Source: Bacteroidales bacterium
Lineage (GTDB): Bacteria > Bacteroidota > Bacteroidia > Bacteroidales > GWA2-32-17
Direction of reading: 5' to 3'
Assembly: GCA_026417155.1 (NCBI GenBank)
Contig: JAOADU010000072.1
Span: 1-57,305, forward strand
Length of the DNA stretch: 57,305 nucleotides
This document shows, piece by piece, positions 20,693 to 29,938 of the stretch (its first letter is position 1; every line of letters starts with the position of its first letter). Both the position numbers and the translations under genes were made by a program. The notes under the pieces were generated by a model. It ran no database searches. It saw nothing but the letters and a program-made list of their open reading frames with translations, and was not told the origin of the DNA.

Positions 20693-21265
20693 TTAACGTT
20701 TGCCTTCCATTTTTTTAATGAAATCTTCGGGCAGTTCATTAAGTGAACTCGTTGCACCAAACAACTCAATAGATTTTTTGTTGTATGCGTATGCAGCTTC
20801 TTCGGCTGTATCGAATGAGCCTAAGGAGATACCTTTTCTGTTAACGTAAATATAGGCATAATATTTTTTGCCTTGCTTAACAACACCTCTGTATCCGGTG
20901 GAGTTTTTTACTTTCTTTGTGTTACGAACCAAAAAGGAAAAGGTACTCCACTCTAAATTACTTAATCGGCAATCGTGTGGAATTCCGTTTTTAAACCGAA
21001 CAAACCAACGTCTAACGTCGTCAGGTTTGGGAATATACCGTTCGGCAATAAGTTTGTGTAAATAGATTGTTTCGTTGGCATATTTCATGCCTTGTTCTTC
21101 TGGCTTCCAGTTTTTTTGAAAAAATACATAACCGTTGGAATGTTCTCGTAAATTTTCGAAAAACGAGATTTGCCTTAAATACTCGTCATTGTAAAGATCA
21201 TTGAAAACTCTTTCGTCCAAAAGAGCTTTCTTATCACTGTTTTTTAATGAAATTTTTACTAGCAT
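20693..21265 (-). CDS. Degenerate HNH + AP2-domain DNA-binding protein
   Basis: TIYLHKLIA and VRFKNGIPHDCRLSNLEW (HNH-like, catalytic His replaced); AP2 domain STGYRGV..YYAYI..SLGSFDTAEEAAYAYN..SIELFG. Start placed at ATG 21265. Confidence 0.8.
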   Translation of the reverse strand: MLVKISLKNSDKKALLDERVFNDLYNDEYLRQISFFENLREHSNGYVFFQKNWKPEEQGMKYANETIYLHKLIAERYIPKPDDVRRWFVRFKNGIPHDCRLSNLEWSTFSFLVRNTKKVKNSTGYRGVVKQGKKYYAYIYVNRKGISLGSFDTAEEAAYAYNKKSIELFGATSSLNELPEDFIKKMEGKR

Positions 21266-21409
21266 TGCATTACAATTTTTAAAGGTTAATAAATCATTAA
21301 CAAAGTTATAAGAATTTATTGTTAATTCCAAAAAAAAATATTAACATATTTAATTGTTTTAACAATATTTTTGTATTTAATATTGCATAAAATTTTATCA
21401 CATTTGAAT

Positions 21410-22138
21410 ATGATTTTAGACGATAATGACTGGCAGAGTCGAACCAAGATTTTAATAGGTGAAGAAAACATAAAAATTTTGCAAAATGCTCATATATTGG
21501 TAGCTGGTTTGGGTGGAGTTGGCTCTTTTGCAGCCGAGTTATTAGCAAGAGCAGGAATTGGAAAACTAACTTTGGTAGATTCGGATGTTTTTAATCCATC
21601 TAATAGAAATAGACAAATTGCAGCTTTCATTAGCACTGAAGCAAAATATAAGACCGATGTTGTCGAAAATAGGTTAAAAGATATTAATCCAAATATTCAG
21701 ATAATTAACAAAAAAGTATATTTAAAAGACGATGACATTCCTACAATATTGCAAGAATATCCTTACACATATGTTTTAGATGCTATTGATACTCTTTCGC
21801 CAAAAGTTTTTTTGATATATTACGCTATTAAATTTAAACTTCCTATAATAAGTTCTATGGGAAGTGGAGGAAAGTTCGATCCATCAAAAATTAGAATAAC
21901 AGATATTTCGGATTCGTATGAATGCAGATTAGCCTACATTGTTCGGAAAAAATTACATCGTTTGAAAGTGTATTCTGGGTGTAAGGTCGTATTTTCTACC
22001 GAAAAAGTTGCGAAAGAAAAAGTATTACCATTAGACAATGTCCCAAATAAAAAATCGGTAGTAGGAACTATTTCTTATATGCCACCAATTTTTGGGGCAT
22101 TTGCCGTAAGCGAAATTATAAGAGATATTTTGAAATAA
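21410..22138 (+). CDS. tcdA: tRNA threonylcarbamoyladenosine dehydratase (ThiF family)
   Basis: GLGGVGS, SNRNRQ, DAID, SSMGSGGK.DP, VVFSTE, GTISYMP. Start placed at ATG 21410. Confidence 0.9.
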   Translation: MILDDNDWQSRTKILIGEENIKILQNAHILVAGLGGVGSFAAELLARAGIGKLTLVDSDVFNPSNRNRQIAAFISTEAKYKTDVVENRLKDINPNIQIINKKVYLKDDDIPTILQEYPYTYVLDAIDTLSPKVFLIYYAIKFKLPIISSMGSGGKFDPSKIRITDISDSYECRLAYIVRKKLHRLKVYSGCKVVFSTEKVAKEKVLPLDNVPNKKSVVGTISYMPPIFGAFAVSEIIRDILK

Positions 22139-22278
22139 AAGAAAAGGGTTGTAACTTAGCAAGGCACACATTTTTTAGGAAAATAGATGAATATTAAAGA
22201 AATAAGAAGTTTGTTTTTTGTCTTATGAAAGTAATTTTTTTAAATTCTACTGGTTGTTTAAGTTAAAACATTTTGGTC

Positions 22279-24108
22279 ATGAAAACAATAGATTTTTCAT
22301 ATTTTCAGCGTAAAGTAACAAAAGCCTTTTTACGTTTTCCTTTTGTTGTAATGTTTATTTTATTAGCAACGGTGTCATCGTTAATAGATTATTATGGTAA
22401 TCAAAGCAACGATATATGGACGCACTTGTTTTTGACTTCTGTTTTGGCCATACCACTTTTTATTTCTATTAACCTTTATTTAGAAAGAGTAGAAACACAA
22501 CGATGGTTTAATATATTCATTAATGTTTTAGGATTTGTTATATTGATTATTTATTTCGTCAATTTACCTTACAAGTATTTTTTCGATAAGCATTTTATAC
22601 GCTCGTTTGTGTTGTTTTTAGCATTTATTGTTTCTATGTTTTATTTGCCTTTTATTGGATTTCATCAATCAATGCCATTTTGGTTTTATAATTATAATTT
22701 TTTAAAGAGAATTTTCATTTCGTTTTTATATTCTTCAATATTTTTCTTAGGCTTATTATTAGCACTTTTTGCAATTTGGGGATTATTTGAAGTAGATACA
22801 AGTCGGTTGATTACGCCGTTGGCAATTGTGTTTTACATATTTGTTTTTCCGTTGATGATTATATCGGGTTTATCGCCAAAATTTACGTATCATGCCGATA
22901 AAACATATTACCCAAAGTACTTGCGTATTTTATCGCAATATATTCTAATGCCTATTGTTTCTATTTACGCCATTATATTAATAATTTATGCGGGCAAAGT
23001 GTTATTTACAGGAGTTTGGCCCTCGGGTTATACGGTAATATTAGTAATTAGTTACTCTGCTTGTTTGTTGTTGATTATTGCTATGTTGCATCCTATTTTT
23101 TTTGAGAATGAAAATAAAAATTTTCGAAAATTAGTTTATGCTCATCTTGTTCTTTCGCTCTTATTCATGATAATGTATTTTGTTGCAATTTTTAAACGTA
23201 TTGAAGAATACGGATTAACCGAGCATAGACTTTTTGTATTGTTGTTTGGTATTTGGTTTGTGTTTATCACATTTTATATTTTATTGAAAACAATATCTGA
23301 CTTGCGCATTATTACATTATCATTACTTTTGTTGTTGTTTCTTTCTGTAACAGGACCTTGGAATATATTTGCAATTTGTAAGAAAAATCAATTAAATAGA
23401 CTGATTAACATTGCCAAATCAGAAAATATTTGGAACAATGGTAAAATTGATGCAACGAATAAAATTATTAACGAAAAATCTGTATATGAGATGAGTTCCA
23501 TAGCATTATATTTGGTTTCGACTCATGGTTATAAGTCTATACAGAATATATTTAACATAAATGCCGATTCGTTATTCTTAAAAAATTATGAGAATACTTA
23601 CGACTTTTTAGCAGAAAGTTTTAAGTCTGTTGGATTAACATTCAATTTATATTATTCGGAAAATCAAGGAAACACTAAATATGAAGCTTTTTATGTAGAA
23701 GACAAGAATAGTATTTTTGCTATAAATGACGGAAAATTTTTATGCAATGTGATTCTTTATAGATATCCCGATTCTTTGCAACATAGCAATGAATATAAAA
23801 TAAATAACGATACGGTTTTAATGGTTACATATATTCCTTCAGAATTGTCTATTAAATTGAATTTCAATAAACAAGAAGATGCCGTACTTTGGTTAGAACC
23901 ATTTTACAATTATTTGAGAGAAATATATAAACAAAACAATAACGATATCCCATGCAAACCAAATGACCTTAAACTTGTTGCACAAGGAAAGCATTATAAT
24001 TATACATTTTATTTAAAACGAGTAGAATTTGAAAAAGTTATAGATGCCAACAAAGCAATACCAACAGTAATAGAAGGTTTTATAATTGTGGAACCAATTA
24101 AAAAGTAA
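22279..24108 (+). CDS. DUF4153-like multi-pass membrane protein
   Basis: RFP near the N-terminus, about 10 TMs, YPKYLRIL..YILMP, RIEEYGLTEHR, GPWN...Q..RL; soluble C-terminal domain. Confidence 0.75.
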   Translation: MKTIDFSYFQRKVTKAFLRFPFVVMFILLATVSSLIDYYGNQSNDIWTHLFLTSVLAIPLFISINLYLERVETQRWFNIFINVLGFVILIIYFVNLPYKYFFDKHFIRSFVLFLAFIVSMFYLPFIGFHQSMPFWFYNYNFLKRIFISFLYSSIFFLGLLLALFAIWGLFEVDTSRLITPLAIVFYIFVFPLMIISGLSPKFTYHADKTYYPKYLRILSQYILMPIVSIYAIILIIYAGKVLFTGVWPSGYTVILVISYSACLLLIIAMLHPIFFENENKNFRKLVYAHLVLSLLFMIMYFVAIFKRIEEYGLTEHRLFVLLFGIWFVFITFYILLKTISDLRIITLSLLLLLFLSVTGPWNIFAICKKNQLNRLINIAKSENIWNNGKIDATNKIINEKSVYEMSSIALYLVSTHGYKSIQNIFNINADSLFLKNYENTYDFLAESFKSVGLTFNLYYSENQGNTKYEAFYVEDKNSIFAINDGKFLCNVILYRYPDSLQHSNEYKINNDTVLMVTYIPSELSIKLNFNKQEDAVLWLEPFYNYLREIYKQNNNDIPCKPNDLKLVAQGKHYNYTFYLKRVEFEKVIDANKAIPTVIEGFIIVEPIKK

Positions 24109-24511
24109 TAGGTTCAATACCTGGAAGAAGTAAAATGGTTGTCTTATTGCCCATGTATTTTATTTTTGATACATTAAAAATGCGTGTTATTTGCTGATTT
24201 TTGCATTTTTCATTTGCAATAAAACGGAAGCCTAATTGTGCTTTGGGTGGTTGACTTTTTAAATAGTTCCCGTTGAAAACTAATTCAATATTATCGTTTT
24301 CGCAAACATTGGCAATAATTGAAACAGTTAACAAACTATCTTTTAATGTTGCACTTTTAATCTGATATGAGGAAATATTAAAGCTATAGTCAAAATTTTT
24401 ATCAATTACAGCATTACTTATTTGTTGCTTTTTATCAGATTTATTACATGAATTTGACATTAAAAATGGCATGATTATAATGATAAGCAGTAATTTTACA
24501 ATACTTTTCAT
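24098..24511 (-). CDS. Hypothetical lipoprotein
   Basis: Hydrophobic N-terminus with a MSNS-C lipobox; KSQPPKA motif. Confidence 0.7.
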   Translation of the reverse strand: MKSIVKLLLIIIIMPFLMSNSCNKSDKKQQISNAVIDKNFDYSFNISSYQIKSATLKDSLLTVSIIANVCENDNIELVFNGNYLKSQPPKAQLGFRFIANEKCKNQQITRIFNVSKIKYMGNKTTILLLPGIEPITF

Positions 24512-24528
24512 AAAAATTTACTTTTTTT

Positions 24529-26208
24529 TTAATGACTGTCTGTTCCTAAAACTTTAAATTTATCGCCTGTTTCGTTAACAATACGTTTGTACCATTCCTT
24601 TCCATATCCTGGTTGAACAACTTTTGGATTACGCTGACCTGGTACAGCTGTTTTTATATTTCCGTCAACATATTTAACAAACAAATCCTTATAAAGTTGT
24701 TTCCAACGTGCTACAGTAGCATTGGCAGTATGAACACTAAAATCTGTAACAAACTCTATAGCTTTTTTGGCATCTTTTTGATAAAGTTCTAAAGCTCCTT
24801 TATCAACAGCTTGAACATATTCGACGTATTTTTGTTCTAATTCGCTTTGCACAGGTTGTAAATCTTTAATCATTTCATTGTATCGAGTATACACAAAATT
24901 GGATACTTGATTAAAAACCCAGAAGGCACTAGTTTCACTAAATTTCATCATGTCTCCATTACCCACAGCATAGCTTTCGGGAACTCTTGTCGAACCACAA
25001 TAAATAGGAGTAAAGCAGTTTAAATATGTATCATCTACACCAAACCACAAGATGCCTCCTATGGGGTTGGGTAACCACGAACGCGATTGAGAAACAAAAA
25101 CGAAGCCAGTTTGTTGAGTGCTTATAGCTCTTTCATTAAAATAAGTAATTGTATCAACTTTCCAGGTTAAAGGTCTCCAACGAACAAGACAGCCAAAAGG
25201 TCCTGCACCAATATCTTTCGACATGTCCATAGGTGTGCCTTGATAGTAATCGCGGGTTAATGAAAAGACGTCTAAAACTGAAAGTTTTTGGTCGGGTTTA
25301 ATATAGAGTGGCATTCTGTTTTTTAGGTTTTTACCCATAGCGTAATCGAGATATTGTCCCATGTCTTTGTTAATACGGTTGAACATAGCCCAAACTCTGG
25401 CTTCACAAAAACGTGCACCTCCGAAATCGAGTGGTGCATAAACATCGCTAAAACTAAAATCTTTATCTTCACCTTTAAAATATCCCATTTGACGAGCAAA
25501 TGATATTACATCAGGACTATGATATACTGTTTGTGAAGGATCGTTAAAATTATTTATTTTTTGAAATGGGAAAGTAGTAATACGAGCATGATTCGCGTGT
25601 GCCGAAACATAGCCATCGGGTATAAGAATTGCAACCCATACAGCACCTTTATTGTATGAGGTTTTCCCTTTAGAATCTTTTTTAGGAGAGCCTTTTCCAA
25701 TCATTTCTAATATCCAAACTTCGTTGGGGTCGGCAATAGAAAATGATTCGCCTGTACTATAGTAGCCATATTCTGCAACAAGGTCTGTCATAATTTTGAT
25801 TGCTTCACGAGCTGTTTTTGCTCGCTGAAGTGTTATATAAATCAAACTTCCATAGTCAATAATTCCAGTGGTATCTTGAAGTTCGGGGCGACCTCCAAAC
25901 GTAGTTTCACCAATTACTACCTGGTATTCATTCATATTACCAACTACACTATAAGTTTGCTTAACTTGACGAATTTTGCCAAGATATTTTCCGGTATCCC
26001 ATTCATAAATATCTACCCAAGAATTGTCGGGGTGCGTTGCAGCAGGGGTAAAGTATAATTCGCCATAAAGGACATGACTATCGGCTGTGTACATAATCAT
26101 GGTAGAACCGTCTTTAGATGCACCTCTTGTAACTAATAAATTTGTACATGAAAATAAGGGGTGTATGCCCATTAATAATACCAAAAAAATAGAAAATAAT
26201 TGTTTCAT
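24529..26208 (-). CDS. Peptidase C69 dipeptidase (Ntn hydrolase), secreted
   Basis: Signal peptide followed by the nucleophile CTNLLVT..ASKDGS; NMNEYQV.IGETT; TAREAI; ERAISTQQT. Confidence 0.92.
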   Translation of the reverse strand: MKQLFSIFLVLLMGIHPLFSCTNLLVTRGASKDGSTMIMYTADSHVLYGELYFTPAATHPDNSWVDIYEWDTGKYLGKIRQVKQTYSVVGNMNEYQVVIGETTFGGRPELQDTTGIIDYGSLIYITLQRAKTAREAIKIMTDLVAEYGYYSTGESFSIADPNEVWILEMIGKGSPKKDSKGKTSYNKGAVWVAILIPDGYVSAHANHARITTFPFQKINNFNDPSQTVYHSPDVISFARQMGYFKGEDKDFSFSDVYAPLDFGGARFCEARVWAMFNRINKDMGQYLDYAMGKNLKNRMPLYIKPDQKLSVLDVFSLTRDYYQGTPMDMSKDIGAGPFGCLVRWRPLTWKVDTITYFNERAISTQQTGFVFVSQSRSWLPNPIGGILWFGVDDTYLNCFTPIYCGSTRVPESYAVGNGDMMKFSETSAFWVFNQVSNFVYTRYNEMIKDLQPVQSELEQKYVEYVQAVDKGALELYQKDAKKAIEFVTDFSVHTANATVARWKQLYKDLFVKYVDGNIKTAVPGQRNPKVVQPGYGKEWYKRIVNETGDKFKVLGTDSH

Positions 26209-26214
26209 ATGTTT

Positions 26215-27504
26215 TTATTGTTTTAATGTTAATTCATTTAATTCTTGTTCAATTATTGTAAAGGGAAATTTTTCGTGCATTCCCATTTCTTCAAGGATAC
26301 TTTTTAAAGTGTCGGTTTCAATAATGTCCGATAACCGTGCAAAAAAGAATAACGATGCTAATACAGCATTTTTTGCTCCTTTTCCGCGAAAATCGAATGA
26401 TAAAACTTGAGCATTTGTTTCGGGGATTGGCAGCGAATTATCTATCAATAACCATTGATGTGGTTGCATTTGTTTTATTGTGCCTTTGCTAAAGTCTAAT
26501 CCATCTTGCGATGTTACGATAACATATTCAGGATTGCTTAATCCGTGGAAGAGAATTTCATCGGGTGAAATATTTACTTCGGCGTTGCTAAAGCCAACTC
26601 CAACAGTAACGGGATATGTGCCTTTTTGGGTAATATTGTATCCATGTTTTACAGCAGCCTTGCACAAAATATTTGCAGCTAATTGTACTCCTTCGCCCGC
26701 CGAACCGCTTAAAACAACTTGAATTTGTTTATTTAGCTTTTTTTCCTTATGTAATGGTTCAATAACAGGAGTTTTGTCGAATAAGTTCGAAACGGTTTTT
26801 CGTTCGGCAAATTGGAAAGGTTCGCGATTGTTTGTCCATGTTTTAATGGGTTTATTGGCAGCTTCGACTATTTCTTGTAGTTTTCGTTTAGGATTGAATT
26901 TAACACCATAGCTAGGACAAATTTCCATTACTTCTACAAGTGAAAACCCCGGTGTAGTTAAGGCTTTTTTAATTGTTTCGCTATAATCGCCAATACCAAT
27001 TACACGACTTACATAATTTGCACCCGCAGCATGAACTATAGCACAAATATCGTGTTCGCCGTATGGACTACCGTTGGGAGTAATTATTGTATTAAAACCT
27101 TTAGGAGTAAGACCACTTAATTGACCACCCGTCATCCCATATAAAAAATTGTTGTGAACAACAACGGTTAAATTTACATTGAGTCGGGCTGCTTCTAAAA
27201 TATGTTGTAAGCCAATAGTTGCACCACCATCACCAATAAAAACGATTACCTTTTTATGGGGAGGAAGTCCCATGCTTATTCCAGCACCTAAAGCAACAGA
27301 ACGACCATGAAGGCCATGTACGGTGTGAGTATTGAGCGATTTATCTATTATCCCGTGGCAACCAATATCGGTAACAAAAATGACATCTAATACATGTATG
27401 CCAAGATCTTCAATTGCTTTTGCTGTATTTTGAGCTATTAAATGATGTCCGCATCCTTTACAAAAAGGTAGTTCTTTAGTATTTAGTACTTTTGTTGTTT
27501 CCAT
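26215..27504 (-). CDS. 2-oxoacid:ferredoxin oxidoreductase beta (TPP-binding) subunit fused to a gamma domain
   Basis: FCKGCGH, DIGC, LHGR, GDGG..NN..YGMTGGQ, ICP (beta part), then SGSAGEGVQ..TQKGTYP (gamma part). Confidence 0.9.
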   Translation of the reverse strand: METTKVLNTKELPFCKGCGHHLIAQNTAKAIEDLGIHVLDVIFVTDIGCHGIIDKSLNTHTVHGLHGRSVALGAGISMGLPPHKKVIVFIGDGGATIGLQHILEAARLNVNLTVVVHNNFLYGMTGGQLSGLTPKGFNTIITPNGSPYGEHDICAIVHAAGANYVSRVIGIGDYSETIKKALTTPGFSLVEVMEICPSYGVKFNPKRKLQEIVEAANKPIKTWTNNREPFQFAERKTVSNLFDKTPVIEPLHKEKKLNKQIQVVLSGSAGEGVQLAANILCKAAVKHGYNITQKGTYPVTVGVGFSNAEVNISPDEILFHGLSNPEYVIVTSQDGLDFSKGTIKQMQPHQWLLIDNSLPIPETNAQVLSFDFRGKGAKNAVLASLFFFARLSDIIETDTLKSILEEMGMHEKFPFTIIEQELNELTLKQ

Positions 27505-28619
27505 TATAATTTTCCTCCTTCAATTATATCTTTGGGAGATAACATTTTACCTATAGCACCTACAAACGAAACATGAGCAGGTAATTTTTCACCAAACATA
27601 ATTTTTGCATATTGACCGTTGATATTATCTTCTGCAAATATTATTTTTTGATATTTTTCGGTAATGGAATACAATATTTCGGGTACAGGTAACAACGTTT
27701 TTACGATTAGCAAATCAACGGTTTTTTGATGTTTTTGTAAAATTTTTATGGCTTCTTGTGCTGCATTTGCCGAAACTCCGTACGAAACTATTAATGTTTT
27801 ACTATTGTTATTTACATGTTCATAATAAGTGTATTCGGGAAGATATGTTAATATTTTCTTTTCCAACCGAACAGTGTTTCTCATAGCATCTTCGCTAGTG
27901 TGCTGAATAATTCCTTTTTGATCGTGTGTAGATGCTGTGAGCCGTACTTGATGCTGATTATTTGAAACAGGTAAAAAATCGGGAACTAATTTATCATTAT
28001 ATTCATATGGAACATATGGTTCCTTTTTGTTATAATAATTTCTGACAATTGGTTTTATAGGTGATAATTTAGAAATATCAAAATTTCTATTTGTAGTAGC
28101 TCTTTCTTTAGACGAAAGTATCACAACGGGTGTACGTAACTGAACGGCTATTTCAACAGCTTTTTCAGACAATTGCCAACAATCTTCAATAGATGCAGGA
28201 CAAAGAACCGGTACAGGGTGAGCACCAGAGATCATGCCTTTTAAAAGGGCAATATCACCTTGTGCACCAGCTGTTGCTGTTCCAGTAGCAGGGCCAAGTC
28301 GTTGAGTTAGGATAATAATCATAGGCAATTCCATCATATATGCCATATTGATCGATTCAATCATAAGTGCAAAACCAGGAAACGATGTAGCTGTTACAGG
28401 AATGTGACCTACCGTAGCAAGTCCTGCCATATATTGCATGGTAGAAATTTCGTCGGGTGCTGGTAACATTAAAGGGAATCGCTGGCTGGCGTATAAATAC
28501 ATTGCATTGGAGGGTGTGATTGGATATCCAATATAAACATCGGCTCCTGCTTGTGCCAATGCTTCCATTATAACTCTTGAATCTTCGAGAATTACTTCTT
28601 TTTTCTTTTCTATATTCAT
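27504..28619 (-). CDS. 2-oxoacid:ferredoxin oxidoreductase alpha subunit
   Basis: GYPITPS, DEIS, TATSFPGFALM.E, QRLGPATG.T..QGD, SYG; no N-terminal gamma domain. Confidence 0.9.
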   Translation of the reverse strand: MNIEKKKEVILEDSRVIMEALAQAGADVYIGYPITPSNAMYLYASQRFPLMLPAPDEISTMQYMAGLATVGHIPVTATSFPGFALMIESINMAYMMELPMIIILTQRLGPATGTATAGAQGDIALLKGMISGAHPVPVLCPASIEDCWQLSEKAVEIAVQLRTPVVILSSKERATTNRNFDISKLSPIKPIVRNYYNKKEPYVPYEYNDKLVPDFLPVSNNQHQVRLTASTHDQKGIIQHTSEDAMRNTVRLEKKILTYLPEYTYYEHVNNNSKTLIVSYGVSANAAQEAIKILQKHQKTVDLLIVKTLLPVPEILYSITEKYQKIIFAEDNINGQYAKIMFGEKLPAHVSFVGAIGKMLSPKDIIEGGKL

Positions 28620-28638
28620 GTTTGTTCGTTTTTAAAAT

Positions 28639-28673
28639 AAAAAAGCTACCAATAAAAAAACAGATTGGTAGCT
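28639..28673 (-). terminator. Terminator-like hairpin between gcdH and the OFOR alpha gene
   Basis: AGCTACCAAT-N10-ATTGGTAGCT with a U-tract on the minus strand. Confidence 0.6.
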
Positions 28674-28674
28674 G

Positions 28675-28682
28675 CAAAAATA
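28675..28682 (-). promoter_or_regulatory. -7 promoter box for the OFOR genes
   Basis: TATTTTTG on the minus strand, directly adjacent to the hairpin. Confidence 0.5.
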
Positions 28683-28698
28683 AACATTTTTTTAAATT

Positions 28699-29880
28699 TT
28701 AACGATATGCAGGAATTCCTGTAATATCGTGTCCTGTAATAAGTAGATGGATGTCGTGTGTTCCTTCGTAGGTAATGACTGATTCTAAATTCATCATATG
28801 ACGCATAATAGGATAATCGCTAGTAATACCCATTGCTCCTAAAACTTGTCGAAGTTCGCGTGCAACATTAAGAGCCATAAAAACATTATTGCGTTTTGCC
28901 ATGCTTATGTGAGTATGCTTGCATTTTCCTTCATTTTTCAAAACGCCTAATCGCCATGCAAGCAATTGTGCTTTAGTAATTTCTGTAAGTGCTTCGGCTA
29001 ATTTTTTCTGCTGAAGTTGGAATGCTGCAATTGGTTTGCCAAATTGTTGACGTTCAAGAGAGTATCTGAGTGCAGCATCATAGCAGTCCATGGCAGCGCC
29101 TATTGCTCCCCAAGCTATTCCGTAACGGGCACTATTCAAACACATCATAGGTCCTTTCAAGCCTTCTATATTAGGCAACAAATTTTTTTTAGGAACCTTA
29201 ACTTCGTCAAAAATTAATTCGCCTGTAGATGATGCTCGTAACGACCATTTATTATGTGTTTCTGGTGCACTAAATCCTGCCATTCCTTTTTCGACAATTA
29301 CGCCACGAATAATTCCATCGTCGTCTTTAGCCCATACAATAGCAATGTCGGCAATGTTTGCATTTGTAATCCACATTTTAGCACCATGTAAAATATAACT
29401 ATCGCCATTGTCGTAAAGACGAGTTACCATACTCCCTGGATCGCTTCCATGATTGGGTTCTGTTAAACCGAAGCAACCAATAATTTCGCCTGTGGCTAAT
29501 TTAGGTAAATATTTTTGCTTTTGTTCTTCGGTACCAAATTCCCATATTGGATACATTACTAATGAAGTTTGCACCGAAGCAGCAGAACGTATTCCGCTAT
29601 CGCCTCTTTCCAATTCTTGCATAATTAATCCATACGAAATATAATCTAATCCCGCCCCACCATATTGTTCAGGAATAAAAGGTCCGTAAGCACCTATTTG
29701 ACCTAATTGCTTAATCAAATCAAATGGAATTTGATGTTTTTGATTTAATTCTTCAATGACAGGTTTTACTTCTCTATTTACCCAGTCTCTAATTGAGTCG
29801 CGAACAATTTTATGTTCTTCTGTTAACAAATCATCAACTAAAAAATAATCTGGCGGATTGTATTGAACAGTAGCTGACAT
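28699..29880 (-). CDS. gcdH: Glutaryl-CoA dehydrogenase (acyl-CoA dehydrogenase family)
   Basis: ELERGDSGIRS, GCFGLTEPNHGSDP, KWSLRAS.TG, CLNSARYGIAWG, RHMMNLESVITYEGTHDIH are GCDH-type motifs. Confidence 0.88.
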   Translation of the reverse strand: MSATVQYNPPDYFLVDDLLTEEHKIVRDSIRDWVNREVKPVIEELNQKHQIPFDLIKQLGQIGAYGPFIPEQYGGAGLDYISYGLIMQELERGDSGIRSAASVQTSLVMYPIWEFGTEEQKQKYLPKLATGEIIGCFGLTEPNHGSDPGSMVTRLYDNGDSYILHGAKMWITNANIADIAIVWAKDDDGIIRGVIVEKGMAGFSAPETHNKWSLRASSTGELIFDEVKVPKKNLLPNIEGLKGPMMCLNSARYGIAWGAIGAAMDCYDAALRYSLERQQFGKPIAAFQLQQKKLAEALTEITKAQLLAWRLGVLKNEGKCKHTHISMAKRNNVFMALNVARELRQVLGAMGITSDYPIMRHMMNLESVITYEGTHDIHLLITGHDITGIPAYR

Positions 29881-29907
29881 AACTTTAATTTTATGGTTAA
29901 TACCTTA

Positions 29908-29915
29908 CAAACGTA
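29908..29915 (-). promoter_or_regulatory. -7 promoter box for gcdH
   Basis: TACGTTTG on the minus strand. Confidence 0.55.
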
Positions 29916-29938
29916 CAAAGTAATTACTATTTAAACAA

